Of a stretch of DNA of 64,000 nucleotides, positions 11,646 through 25,522 are shown piece after piece. Positions within the stretch are counted from its first letter, which is position 1; each line of letters starts with the position of its first letter. This DNA is from Octopus sinensis. Taxonomy: Eukaryota. The translations under genes and the position numbers were made by a program. The notes under the pieces were generated by a model, which was not told the DNA's origin, did not search any database, and saw only the letters and a list, made by a program, of their open reading frames with translations. The DNA lies in the NCBI RefSeq assembly GCF_006345805.1, contig NC_043000.1:124310001-124374000 (forward strand), given 5' to 3'.

Positions 11646-13200
11646 ATTGAAATTATTTGGAAAGTTACTATATTATAATAACTTCTATCATTCTGGAAAT
11701 GTTAAAAATGAGGGCAAAAACTTGGAGAATAATCAGGAGGGAGAATAGTTTTATGAACTGACATAGAAAAGCATGTTTTCTATTTCAGAAGATATGTAAT
11801 ACAGTAGGAGAGAAGCTGAAGAGTTTGAAAAGATTATAAAGTAATTATATATAAGTTTTGTGACCTAATATGCATCAGTAGACATACTAATATTCACTAA
11901 CGTCTATATTCTCATCTGCACAATAAAACATCATATGTAACAATTGGGGGCTCTATGTAGTCACTGAATCTTCTATTTTCTTCAAATCACTCCCTGCCAC
12001 CTATTAGAACAGAATTAACTAAAAAAAGTCATCTCTCATGCCTCTAGGAAAACTGAATAGGCATGGCTGAAAGGCCTTTTATCATAGAACTTGCTTAACT
12101 GAGATTAACTTGGGATGAAGCAACAACAAAAAGCGTCTATGTAGTTGCTCAAACTGCTACAAATAGCAACCAAATATCCCTCAAATTGCTTTAAAAACAA
12201 GGGCCATACTAAACAAATAAGTCCTGGCTTGTGTGCCTTTGATTATAGCTCTGCCTGATCAATGCTAGCTTAGGGCTATACAAACTGCAACTGACTTTGT
12301 TTTTAACTAAGACATGAGGTTTAATACACAGAAGAGATAGTTATTTTATGGTTAATTTTAAATCTATTAATTACTGCCAATAAGTATGTTTTCAGATTAT
12401 CTGTGAGAAAAATATAAGTTGATAAAGAAGGTATCATATTTGGTGACATAAAAGATGCACAAGAATATTAGATACACCCCAATTTCAGCAGCACACATTA
12501 AAAAAAAGTGCCAGGGATAGAATTAACCTATGGGAGGCCTAATTTTGCATATAGGACCCAGGAGGATTTTTTGAGATATTTGGGAGGGGGGTGCATCTTA
12601 TATACCACCAAATAAAGTAACTTTTTTTAAATAATTTCTGATCAGAACAAATGGAAAGTTATTTTCTTTTAACCTTTTTATGACAAAATTGTTTATTCAA
12701 CTTTACACCTGATTTATCTATGAACTATACCCAATATTACATAGAATTTAAAAAATTTTCTGTTGCATTTTTAATCAGCTACTTTCAGCTAGAGTCCTAT
12801 GTTAATGAACATTCTCTGTGTAAATGGAAATTTAAATAGGTTACAATCTCACTAAAATTGACATGGAAAAATTGCAAAAAGAAAAACAAAGAATTATTGG
12901 ACCCAAACTTCAGCAAAGAATTTATATAAGTGCGAAATATTTTTAGACCACTTTCAGCAGTTAATCTTAATTTTCTTAATCTATTCTGAAGTTTTTACAA
13001 GCTGGTTGCAACTTATGGATGACTTCATTCATGATAACAAAGTTGATCTGGCTTTCTACTTCAAGTGAATGAGTAACTAATTAGAAAACAAATTAGTCTA
13101 ATGTTAAGATTATAAATAACTTTTAATTTCCATTATTGAATTCTCAGCTCCTTAAGCCTTTCTTCATTCTTTACTTTATGTCCATAACCAGTACACATGC

Positions 13201-13259
13201 CTACTCTCCAAATAAGTGTTTGCTAATGTAATCAGTAAAGTTTTCTAAACTTGTTACTT
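13201..13259 (-). other. Candidate terminal coding exon ((E)VTSLENFTDYISKHLFGE*)
   Basis: Acceptor tttaatgtcacctcag|AA, TAG at 13203-13201, AATAAA on the minus strand near 12692-12697. The phase matches the 21772 donor. Confidence 0.25.
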
Positions 13260-14007
13260 CTGAGGTGACATTAAATGTTTATTAATAGAAGATTAATAAC
13301 ATAATAAAAACTGAATTTTGATGCCTCTTGCATATGAATATCTTTTGAGATAAAACAAAAAACAAAAACAGTGAAATCAGATGACCTACTGGTCCTTAGA
13401 AACAAAAATAAGGGCAATGCAAAGTTTATATTTGTAAAATAGATAAGAAATAAAGAGGGAAAGTTCGACAGAAACTCAGTATCAAAGACATTTGCTGCCT
13501 AAAGATTTGGAGATAGTGAGAATTTATCTGAATTTAGATAGCGATTATAGTAGTTTGGTACCAAAATTCTGTAAAGTTTATGAATATAAAAATACCTACA
13601 AATGGTGAATTCCAAATGGAAACAGTGCCAAGATAAGTTGACATATTTCAATTTAAATAAAATTCTATAAACTCAACTCACATGAGAAAAAAAAAAAGGG
13701 GCAACATTTAATTTATAAATAAATTTCTTTTGCATTGACTTTCTTTTCTGTGCACATGTCTGATCAAATGGAAAGAGAAATAATCCTAAGTAATCCAGAT
13801 GTCAAGATATCCTAAATCTTAATTTAAATATGATCCCACGAAAAGTAGAACACTACATCCATCACCACCAGCCTGAATGCAAGACACAGTAGACAGACTC
13901 TTCCACAGACTTGACACAACACCTATAGCAAGATACAAACTTAAATGAGGCAAATAATACAGAAATGATAATAATTGATGTTAAAATTTTATGTATTATT
14001 TACAAAG

Positions 14008-14640
14008 CACAGGAGTGGCTGTTTGGTAAGAAGCTTGTTTCCCAACCATGTGGTTCTGAGTTCAGTCCCACTCTGTGACACCTTGGACAAGTGTCTTCTA
14101 CTATAGCCCCAAGCTGACCAAAGTCTTGTAAATGGATTTGGTAAACAGAAATTGAAAGGCGGCCAGCTGGCAGAAAGGTTAGCAGGCCGGGCGAAATGCT
14201 TAGCGGTATTTCATCTGCTGTTACATTCTGAGTTCAAATTCTGCCAAGGATGAAAAGCAAAGGCCGACTTTGCTTTTCATCCTTTCGGGGTCGATGTAAT
14301 CGACTTAATCTGTTTGTCTGTCCTTGTTTGTCCCCTCTATATTTAGCCCCTTGTGGACAATAAAGAAATAAGAAATTGAAAGAAGCCTGTCACATGTGTG
14401 TGTGTGAGCATATATTTATATGTGTGTGTCCTTGTGTTTATTCCCACCACCACTTGACAACTAGTGTTGGTTTGTTTATGTCTCTGGAACTTAGCAATTC
14501 AGCAAAAAGAAACCAACAGAATAAGTACCAGGCTTAAGAAAACTATAAGCACACGAGTTGATTTGTTCAAGTACAACCCTTCAAAGCATGCTGCAGCATG
14601 GTTGCAGTCTAATGACTGAAACCGGTAAAAGATGAAAAAT
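14008..14640 (+). mobile_element. SINE family A with a nested family B SINE (14159-14370)
   Basis: Family A head caggagtggctgtttggtaag...; the family B insert is flanked by a 12-bp TSD agaaattgaaag (14147-14158 and 14371-14382). Confidence 0.9.
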
Positions 14641-17400
14641 ATGAATTCATTGAAATATAAATAGCGCTACCATAAACAACAGCATTGATGACAACGATGA
14701 TGGCAACAATATAATGATCCAGATGCTAACAGTTATGTTCATCAAGGATAGCCATTTCGAAATCAATAATTAAAATTCTTAAAATTTCAAAATTACAAAC
14801 AAGCATCTTCAAAGAAGCATTTTATTAAAGCTCTTTCATTCCAAATGTTATTAAACTGTTTTTATGAAAATAAAATTTTAAAATAAATAAATAAAAAAAA
14901 GTATGCTTTTACACTTTTTTGTTTTCTGCTTTCAATTCAAAAACCAACACAGCAAGCCATAACTAACAGTAATTATATATCAAAATAAGCCTGTAAACAG
15001 CACAGAATCTTACACTAGTACAGCTATCTTTAGAACTTAATCTATTTACCATAACATTAAAAAGGAATAATAGGTTTTCTATGTCACATTACACAACAAA
15101 ATAATACATCATTTATTTTTACACAATCTAATTTAGTAAAAAAAAAAATTCTTCCCAAAATAGTATTGATACTGACCTTGTTGGAAGGGGGTGGGGGAGA
15201 TTAATTAAATATAATGTATAAAAAATTATATTAAATTCACCATCCTGGTTCTCTTCCATTACTCTCCCAACGACTCTCTTGCTCTATTATGGCACTTGAA
15301 CCTCAAGGGTATGCCTTGGCACTTGCTACTACCTATACCTCTCTCTTCCTTTACTCAACTATCTCATTTATACTCTGATCCCCGATCCTTGTGAGCCTGC
15401 CCGGCCTTTTGCCACCATCTCCATCCTACGGTCTCCCACTCACACACACTCTCTCTCTCTCTCTCCTCCTGTAATTCCCTCAGGTTGGGCAACCATGTAT
15501 TTTCTTTGTAGTAGCACGCCTGTTTCTGTCTTCCCTGATCTTTCTCTCTCCGGCCAGATAACCTTGTACTTCCTCTACAGTAACACACCTGTATCTGTCT
15601 CACTATAACCATTTCATCATCAGCTCCTCCAATGGTTTCTCCTCTCTTAAACGTTTTTGTCTTGAAAGTACTTGGTGATCCTGTCAGTACAGGTGCCACT
15701 TAAAAGTACCCAATCCACACTGTAAAGTGGCTGGTATTCGGAAGGGTGTCTAGCTGTAAAAACCTAACCAAAACTGACTTCACCTGTGCTTGTGTCACAT
15801 AAAAAGTACTAAGTCCACTCTGCGAGTGGTTGGTGTTAGAAAGGGTATCCAGCTGTAAAAATCCTGCCAAAACAGTCAGAGAAGTCCAGTGCAGGCTTCG
15901 GCCTGGCTGACTCTTGTGGTACCATCCCACCCATGCTAGCATGGAACACGGATGTTGATCCTCTTTCATCACTTTCTTTTTTCCCTAATGTACAGAGGAT
16001 AAGGCACCCTCTCTAACGTCAGTGACAGGAAGGGCATGCAACTATAGAAAACATACCATGAGTAGAATGCAGATGCAAAATGTGGTCATGTAGTCCTCAA
16101 TTTGTCCAATTGAGAGCTGTAATTCTAAATAAGAGGTGACTTGGTCCATGAGAAGAAGTATGGAAAAGGAAGGCATGATAATGGTGATTATACCACTTAA
16201 TCTCAGAAAATTCATCGTGATCAAGTCAACTCCGGAGGTAAATTTAATATTTAATCTCTATTTCTAATGAATCTTCAAAGAGGATCTGTTCTTGAAATAA
16301 ATGAGGTGAAAGCATAATTTTCTATAAGATAAACTATTTCACACACACACAGAAAGAGAGGAGTCAGCTATATACTTCAGACACAGAAATTAATAAAATG
16401 TATACCTAAAACACAGTGAACTCAACTCATTTAATCATACCTTTAAAAGAATGCTACCTAAGGAAACAAAAGCAGATGATGTAATTCCTAACTAAAAGGA
16501 ATTTAAAATAATATGAATGGACAAGGCTGTAGTAGTTAACCATAATCATTATTAAATACCCCGAACATGTAACTAAATTTGAATTTTAAAATTTTATTAA
16601 AAGGAAATAATCTCTCATCTGATTTAAAATTTTCTCAATAAATAATTGAATTACAAACTTCAAGAAATAGTGTTTGTGCATTTTCTTCCTTAGCAAGACA
16701 CATTTCTATGGGACACTATGGTGACACAGGATTTTCTTCATAGTACCATGTTCACAACATAAAAGACTTTACTAGTACAAAAGTATAGTTACTGTAACTT
16801 CCTTTTAAAAAAAAAACTCAGCGTTTTGAGGTTATCTTGCCCTCAGAATTTGCATTTAATAGCAGCAAACTACTAACAAGTGTTCTGCTGCTCTACTTGT
16901 TACCTTCCCCTTTGATTACATAATGAACTGGTTAACCGAGTAACATATGTGACAAAACAGCAAAATATCAAAAGCTTTATTCCTGAATGGTAACATATTT
17001 GAAGATATGAAATTAGTCAAATATATTCAAATAACTCAAATAAACTCACTGAGAACTCCACAATTGGATTGAAGAAAGAAAATCTATAAAGATTTGGAAT
17101 TTGCAAACACAACAAACAAAATGTATGGCAGTATGTCATGCTTTGTTCTATAACCACTAATTATTAAAAAACAATGACACAATCTCTACATCATTCATAA
17201 ACAACTGACTACATCTCAAATATCAAGGACATGGTAACATGTTACTTAAAAAAAAGAAACCAATCACTACATTTTACCATTACTAATATATGGCCAAAAA
17301 GTGTGACTATCAATAAATAGGTGATAAACTGATGCAAATAGATGCTTCTACATTTGAAGAACAGTGCCATAAAATATATAATGTATATGACTATACATTA

Positions 17401-17824
17401 CAGGTCGTCGACTTATGACCTGTCTGACTTACTACAGATCAACTTTACAGTGACTGGTGCACCAGCTCTCAGCACCAATAATAAATAGTCCAGTTGAAAT
17501 CTAATGGTTAGAAATTAACTTGTCTATGGATGATGTCAGCTAACAAACGCTTCCCCTAAGTTTGGTTATCGATCGCCACTGTGGTTACCCCATGTGCTGG
17601 ATGAATATCTTGTCGTGGAGGCATTGAGGCAACCACGTATTTGTTTATAAGAACACTGCTTGAGACTCTGAAATTTTTGACTAATGCCAGTATGATAGGG
17701 TAATAATACAGAATGGTGTATCTGACTTTTACTTGAGAATGTAAAAGTATAAAACAAAGCTATGCAGACCTATAGGCAGATTTACAACCAGTCGTCAGTC
17801 AGAACCAATTGTGATGACGACCTG
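17401..17824. mobile_element. Tigger/pogo-like MITE
   Basis: TA|caggtcgtc ... gacgacctg|TA termini, with internal gacttatgacc-type repeats. Confidence 0.65.
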
Positions 17825-18204
17825 TATTTCTTGAGTGGATTTGATAAATGGAAACTGAAAGAAGCCCAGTGTATATGTACATATACATATGTATGCGTGT
17901 GAATATGCGTATGTTTGTCTCTCCTTGGCTTGAGATTATTGCATAACAGTCGTAAATGAACATCACTATCATAACAAGTAGTGTCATTCATTTCCAATAT
18001 TGAATGAAAACATGTCTGGCCTTGGAAATGTCACCTTGCTTGGAAACATGTAAAGGCTGGTGACAGGAACGGCATCCAGCCACAGATATTATGCCTAAGC
18101 TGACATCAGAGCATGACACAGCAGTGCAGGATGCCAGTTCTCTATTAAACCATCTAACACATGCCAGCATGTAAAGCAGCTGTTACAATGATGAGGCTTT
18201 ATAT

Positions 18205-18252
<48 letters not shown>

Positions 18253-18314
18253 AACATATACACATAGGTGTACATATGTAACATACATATATATATAACA
18301 TACATTTATATATA

Positions 18315-18345
<31 letters not shown>

Positions 18346-19352
18346 GATGTATATATATATATAATCATACATTTATATATATACATATATATACATATAC
18401 ATTTATATACATATATATATATATACATTATATACATATATATATATACACATTTATATACATATATATATATATATATATATACACATTTATTTACATA
18501 TATATACATTTATATACATATATATATATATACATTTATATACATATATATATAAAGTAAAGGTAAAAACCCCCTTCGGTCATGAATGACCATGGGATTG
18601 CACCTAGAAAGTTACCCTCCTAGACACAAGTCCGGGCAAGGTTGTTTATAGAAGACCAGCAGTCGCCCATGCATACCAGCCTCCCCTCTCCACGCCACCA
18701 GTGTTATCCAAGGGAAAGACAAAGGTCGATACAGCTTGGCACCAGTGACGTCGCAACTCATTTCTACAGCTGAGTGAACTGGAGCAACGTGAAATAAAGT
18801 GCTTTGCTCATACATTTATATACATTATATATATATATATATACATTTATATACATATATATATATATATACATTTATATACATATATATATATATACAT
18901 TTATATACATATATATATACATTTATACATATATATACATATACATACATTTACATATACATTTATACATATATATATACATATATACATATATATACAT
19001 ATACATACATTTACATATATATATATATATATACATGTATACATTTATACATATATATACACACATATATATATATACATATATACATTTTACATATATA
19101 TACACACATATATATATATACATATATACATTTATACATATATATACACACATATATATATATACATTTATACATATATATACACATATATATATATATA
19201 CATACATATACACATATATATATATATACATACACATATATATACGCATATGTACATATATATATGTATATATATATATATATATACACACATATCTATA
19301 TACATATATATATATACACACACATATATATATCAACACACACACATATATA
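18205..19352. repeat. Compound (TA)n/(TACA)n micro/minisatellite, split by a SINE at 18555-18810
   Basis: Recurrent tacatttatatacatatata units on both sides of the SINE. Confidence 0.95.
18555..18810 (-). mobile_element. SINE family E (headless copy)
   Basis: Closely similar to 26970-27265, whose reverse complement begins with a tRNA-like head. Confidence 0.8.
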
Positions 19353-19924
19353 TAGTTGATAAACGGACAAGGATTAGCTACAAGAAGAGCATTTAACTGT
19401 AAAACAATTACTCAAAAATATATTTATTTGCGAAACCCAAACTAGCCTAGAAAAACAGATGTTAAAGAAATGACCTTAAGGAGGCTGAATCCTATTGCAT
19501 GTCATATTTGAAAAGGTATCTTCTTCTATAACCTCAAGCTGACCAATGCCTTCTGATTGAAATTTGGCTGGCAGAAAAAATATGTGTGTGTATCATCATC
19601 ATCATTAAACATGTTTTCCATGCTGGCATGGGTTGGATGGTTTGACTGAAAACTAGTAAGCTGGAGAGCTGGCATGGGTTCTATGGTTGGATGCCCTTCC
19701 TAATGCCATATATATATATATACATTAATTGCTTGTAAGGACATTATATGTCCATATAAGTTGCCAGAAATGTCTTTAATATGTAAAATTGATATAGCCA
19801 ATTGTGTTACACTGCCAATATTTAGCGGCTATTTAAACAATGTGTTAATGGATTGGATGCGATGCTGAAGCAGGACCAAGAACTCCTGGAATATGCATAT
19901 ACACCTGTTTTTCTATCTTCAACA

Positions 19925-20100
19925 GCATTGTTTACATTCTTTTATTTGTTTCAGTCATTTGACTGTGACCATGCTGGAGCACAACCTTTAGTTGAACAAA
20001 TCGACCCCAGGACTTATTGTTTGTAAGCCTAGTAGTTATTCTATTGTTACAAGGACATAAACACAACGACATTGGTTGTCAAATGATAATGGGGATACAA

Positions 20101-20171
<71 letters not shown>

Positions 20172-20590
20172 TCATCATCGTTTAACATCCATTTTTCATA
20201 CTAGCATGGGTTGAACAGTTCAACCAGGATCTGGGAAGCCAGGAGGCTGCACCAGGCTCCAGTCTGATCTGGCAGTGTTTCTACAGCTGGATGCCCTTCC
20301 TAATGCCAACCACTCTGTGAGTGTAGTGGGTGCTTTTTATATGCCACCAGCACAGGGGCCAGAGGAGGCTGGCAAACAGCCACAATCGGTTGGTGCTTTT
20401 TACGTGTCACCAACATAGATATATATAGATATACACATACACACACAAACAGGCTTCTTTCAGTATCTGTCTACCAAATCCACTCACAAGGTTTTGGTTG
20501 GCCTGAGGCTATAGTAGAAGACACTTGCCCAAGGTGCCACACAGTAGGACTGAACCTGGAACCATGTGGTTGATAAGCAAGCTACTTATA
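19925..20590 (-). mobile_element. SINE family A interrupted by (TA)n and a family C SINE (20170-20410)
   Basis: The family A tail at 19925-20100 and head at 20440-20590 flank a family C reverse complement beginning catcatcatcgtttaacatc. Confidence 0.8.
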
Positions 20591-20713
20591 AAACAGCCAC
20601 TCTTGGATGTACTTGTATAAAAAATGTTTTAATTTTCAGTGCTGACTCTAATTTCTATACAAAATCTGTAGAAATAAACTTTAAAAACTGTGTGTATATG
20701 GGGTGTATATGTT

Positions 20714-20935
20714 CCCTTTCGATACCTACCCAGCTGAAACCAGCTCTGGCTCTGACTACAAATGTATTGTTTTTATAAGTTTTCAATTAAACTCTTCCAC
20801 CAAACCTTAGTCACAATTTATGTTCCTAACACTAATTTAATGCTAACTAAGTTATTTTACTGTATTCTTTGATATATTTAAAATTAATTGAAAAAAAACA
20901 TAGAGCATCTCAAAATAAATACAATAACTAAAGGG
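20714..20935. mobile_element. piggyBac-like MITE, second family
   Basis: ccctttcgatacc ... aactaaaggg|TTAA; the left TTAA is degenerate. Confidence 0.55.
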
Positions 20936-21771
20936 TTAATACCATCTGAGTACCAGCGATGTTGGTTTATATCTCTCAAAAATAATATGCCCTGTAGCTC
21001 TTTGATTTTGATGTGTGACAATCAGTGGAATGACACAGACCTTACTTCAAAAACAAGGGTTGCTAACAAGAAAGGCATCCAGCCAAAGAAAATTGCATCA
21101 GTAGGTTTCATCTAACTCATGCTAATATATAAATGTGGATGTAAAAATGATGGTGATGGATGATTATATAATTATCAGTGTGATATTCAAGTAATTTTCT
21201 ATCTATTTTCATTCACTTTTTCTAAAGATAAATCTAATAAGCTCTAGTTTAATTCTCCTTTAATTAAATACTACTACTACTACTGATGAGACTGATATGT
21301 ATAAAGAGTCTGTCAGTCTGTGTTGACCAGTCATCTGCACTTTATGCACAGATCTCATCACCACTCATATCACTTTTGAGGTCCCCCTCCCCTTCAACCT
21401 CTCTTCTAAAATATGGGTAGCCATGTAGCTACTTTGCAACAAGAAACTTGTTCTGCTTCAGTCCTTTTCTCTTATGTTTTCTCCCTCACTCATTCTCCAA
21501 GCATAAAATTCCCTCATACACACATACACTCGGGGTTCATAGTCTTCTTACATGTTGCACGGTAACCTCACTAGTGCAGGTGGCATAAAAACCAAGCACC
21601 CAATACACACTGTAAAGTGGTTGGCACTAGGAAAGATATACAGCTGTAGAAACGATGCTAAACAGACACTGAAGCAGAACACAATCTTGGACCTAATAGG
21701 TCCTGTCAAACTGTCCAACCCATGCCTGCTTGAAACATGGACATTAAATTATGATGAAGACTGGCAGTTAC

Positions 21772-21872
21772 CCAAGCATATGTCTTCCTTCTTTATATCA
21801 ACAATGTTTTCCAAGGGAAAGATCACAAACATGGACTGATACAGCCAGGGACCAGTATCATAGCAAGTATTT
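21772..21872 (-). other. Candidate internal exon (101 nt; NTCYDTGPWLYQSMFVIFPLENIVDIKKEDICL)
   Basis: Acceptor tctgtttcactcgtttgtattctgacag|A, donor TTGG|gtaact, open in the phase 2 to phase 1 frame. No homology recognised. Confidence 0.3.
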
Positions 21873-22379
21873 CTGTCAGAATACAAACGAGTGAAACAGA
21901 TACCACAAGGCATCTTGTTTGACCAACTTGATTACATAGAAAACTGATTAGTTTCAACTGATGGAAATCAATTACATTTTCCTTCTTTTTTTGTGTGTAC
22001 TAATTTTGATAAAATTTTGACACTTAAATTGGCTTTAAGATTGAATGAAATTCATCATCATCATCCTCATTTAATGTCCATTGTCCATGGTGGCATGGAT
22101 TGGATGGTTTGACCAGGGCTGGTAAATTGGGGGGATGCACCAGACTCCTGTCTGATTTGGCATGGTTTCTACAGCTGGATGCCCTTCCTAATGCCGTCTT
22201 TATTTTATTTCTATTACACCTGTTCCTCAAATTCACATCAGCATTTTATAAATATACATATATGTATATTATGAATATACATAAGTTTATGCTAAATTTC
22301 TTTTCACACAGTAGTTTGAAGCAATCATCTGTGATAACATTTTTAACCCATATTTATTCATACGTAAAGGTCATCCTGT

Positions 22380-23640
22380 TGTACCACTACTCTGCGTCTC
22401 TCATTGAACTCACAAAGGCATTCAAGCTTGTGAGTACAAAATCTTTGCCAAGACAGAATGCCAAGAATGGGTGTGCAGACATGAAAGGCATCATTCAGTT
22501 TGATGGCTCTTCCTTGAAATCCTTCAGTATTCACAGTGCATTGAAACAGGGCTGTCTACTTGCTCCTGCTACCTTCTTTGACATTTTCTTTGTTGTCATG
22601 CTAAAGCACATCTTCTGAACATCAACTGATGCTGTTTACTTTTCATAGAAAATCAAACAGGAAACTGCTCAGTTTGTCCTGACTAAAAGCAAAACCCAGA
22701 GTATGTGAAGTACTCATCAGTGACATACAGTTTGTAGATGTTGCAGCAACTGCAAAGCATCATGAACATTCTCACAAGGGACTGTCTAGCCTTCAGCTTG
22801 ACCTTCAATCAGAAGACAAAAAGCCAAGTCAAGATGTTGAACACTACCATTACCATTAACAACTGCAAGCTGGAAGTAATCCACAAGTTCACATACTATG
22901 GTTTCACCATCATGGACAAACTCTCACTCAAGAGTCTGAGATCAACAAACATATTGGAAAAGTAGCCTGAATGCTGGCTAGGCTGACAATGAGAATCTGG
23001 GAGAACAGTAAACTAATGGTTGCAGTCAATACAGCCTGTATCCTCAGCACAGTGCTGAACACTAGTGATACTTAGAGGCTCTACTCCATACAAGAGCATT
23101 TTCTGCATACAATCTGAATGTCTTCCACATAGTCTGAAACACATTCTGGGTATTAAATGGACAGACAGCAATGAGGTTCTGGTTTGTATGCACATACCCA
23201 GTCCCCTCAATCTACTGCAACAATGATACCTCTGCTAGTTGGCCCTTGTACACTGCATGGCAAATGAGAGGATCCCAAAAATTTGTTGTATGAGAAGAAC
23301 AGAAGGAGGACACCATCTTTGTTTCAAGGATGTCTGCAAGAAAGATGTGAAATCTCTTTACATGAACACTGAAAGGCGGTTGTTCTTGATGGAGTCTGAA
23401 ACTAAACACGGGGTTTAAAAGATGAGAGGAGAAGCTGAGTTTTGTTGATGAAGAAAAGTAAACTCAAAGGAAAAACAGCACCAAAACAAAAGTAGCAGAC
23501 AGTGCCTTCATGTGTCATCACCGTACTTAAAAAAACTATCTCTCATATATAGATCTCTACAGTCACAGAAGACATTATTCTGTTAACAAAACTGAAGCAA
23601 GACTTTCCAGGCACAAATTCATGATTTTGCAAATCTAACA
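22380..23640 (+). mobile_element. RTE (BovB-like) LINE reverse-transcriptase remnant
   Basis: DMKGIIQFDGSSLKSFSIHSALKQGCLLAPATFFDIFFVVMLKHIF, a degenerate ADD region (QFVDVAA) and KLEVIHKFTYYGFTI, with many stops and frameshifts. Confidence 0.85.
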
Positions 23641-24697
23641 GCTGCCTCCAATTCTACACACTCAGGTATATAATGTGCATCATTAATTATGGACAATAAA
23701 ATCCTGGAAAAATAACTTTAGTGTATAATATGCACTGACTTTCCTTTAGAATTACAATATATTGAAAAAAGGAGCTTAGATTTATTATAATTGCTATATA
23801 AAACACATTGAAAAAGTTCACATCCTAAACAAAACAAAAGGCAAATTTGAAAGTGACCTTTGAAATTTACTTGTGAAGGCTGTAAAAGTACACCCAAAGT
23901 CAAAGAAAATTATTTTGATTTTGATAATAACAATGAGCAAAAATAAGTTTATACTTAATTTTAACATTCAGTTAGTATAGTAATGCCCACATGGGTATGT
24001 TGACATAAGAAAACTAAGTATTGTATAAGTGTGAATTTTTTAAAACTTAAACACTTTTTTTTTTTATTATGAATTGGATTTTTGTTACAAAATTAAGCAT
24101 TCAGGATCTGGTAGAATTTGTTTTTAATAAAAACAAAAAAAAATTATTCAGAATCATAATAACTCGAAATACAGCATTTTAAATTTTCAGAAAGCATAAA
24201 AGACATTTTTAAAACCATTCCTTTGAATGCTACATATGTCATTTTGTAGGACATAGATTGGGTTGACACAGAAAATTGTATCTAATTTGTAGTATGAATT
24301 TCAGTTTAGATGAAAACAAAACACATTTCGTTGCTACTAACGCCAATTTTACTTTCTGATTATTTCGTACTAAGAATTGTGAGTAAAATGTTGCTGTATT
24401 TCGTCAAACATTGAGGCTGTTTCCTATTTTACTAATATGTTGAAATGGTTCCGAAATAAATGAAAAATTGAAATAGATACAAGTGAAACAATGAAATATA
24501 CTTAGTATCTGTTTATTTGCTGCTACATATATATATGTAGCTTGTGTATATATGTTATGACAAGAACATATATTTGCTAAAATTTTCATCTGTGATTCAA
24601 TAACTTGCTGTAAGAAGTAACGCAAAAGCATCCTATACATGACCATCCAGTCATTATAGCATTTATATATATGTATGTGTGTATATATATATATATA

Positions 24698-25195
24698 CTG
24701 TAAATCCTCGAGTATAATCCGCATTTTTTTCCCAAAATTTAAAGGTCAAAATCCCTAGTGCGTACTATATACGAGGTTAAAAATGAAAATTATTTTCTAA
24801 GCAATGTCTGAGTCTCTATTTGCTGTCCAGCAATGTTCATTCAGACGCATTTTGTGATGTCGGGTGTGAAAATACCAAAAGCTAAGCCAGAAAGCAATGA
24901 AGTCATAAAAGAATCATCCATAACATGCAGTATGCAACATTTATTAAATGTTATTACTGTTATTTATTTTCTGCAAACAAAATGCACAAAAAAGCTACAC
25001 GTTTGCATTATGTTATATATACAAGGACGTTACCGTATAAATTTTTACAAACCAAGGATGTTATATAGACCTCCTTGACTCAAGTTAGAGAAGTGGTGTG
25101 TATTATATACAAGGTTTAAGTTTTTCAGAGGTGCAGCCCCCTAAAAATCCCCTGCGTATTGTACTCAAGGGCGGACTATACTAGAGGATTTACGG
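24698..25195. mobile_element. pogo/Tigger-like MITE
   Basis: 25-bp TIRs ctgtaaatcctcgagtataatccgc / gcggactatactagaggatttacgg (22/25), TA on both sides. Confidence 0.9.
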
Positions 25196-25215
25196 TATGT
25201 GTGTGTGTATGTATG

Positions 25216-25258
<43 letters not shown>

Positions 25259-25470
25259 CCAGCATGGAAGCCAGATGACGAGTTTAATATAATCATGTAA
25301 TAAAATAGGTTTAAAGGAAATATGTCATTTAATGTCCTTGTTCCATGCTTACATGGTTAGGTCAAAGGACTGCATCATGCACCACTGTTTATTTCATATG
25401 GTTTCTACAACTGGATGCCCTTCCCTTCCTAAATGCCAACCACTTTACAGTATGTACTGGATGTTAATAC

Positions 25471-25522
<52 letters not shown>

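Noticed and set aside
11789-11840. Plus-strand exon-like segment with good acceptor and donor
   Set aside because: All three frames contain stops and there is no supporting plus-strand gene.
13682-13921. Minus-strand exon-like segment (ctatag|GTGTTG ... CAT|gtgagt)
   Set aside because: Stops in all frames and an internal poly(T); at best non-coding, so not called.
15364-15699. 111-aa minus-strand ORF
   Set aside because: Non-ATG start, runs into a (GA)n microsatellite, adjoins a SINE, and shows no splice signals or recognisable motif.
18095-19359. Long Tyr/Ile/His/Thr-rich ORFs in several frames
   Set aside because: Translations of (TA)n/(TACA)n microsatellite, which lacks stop codons by composition.
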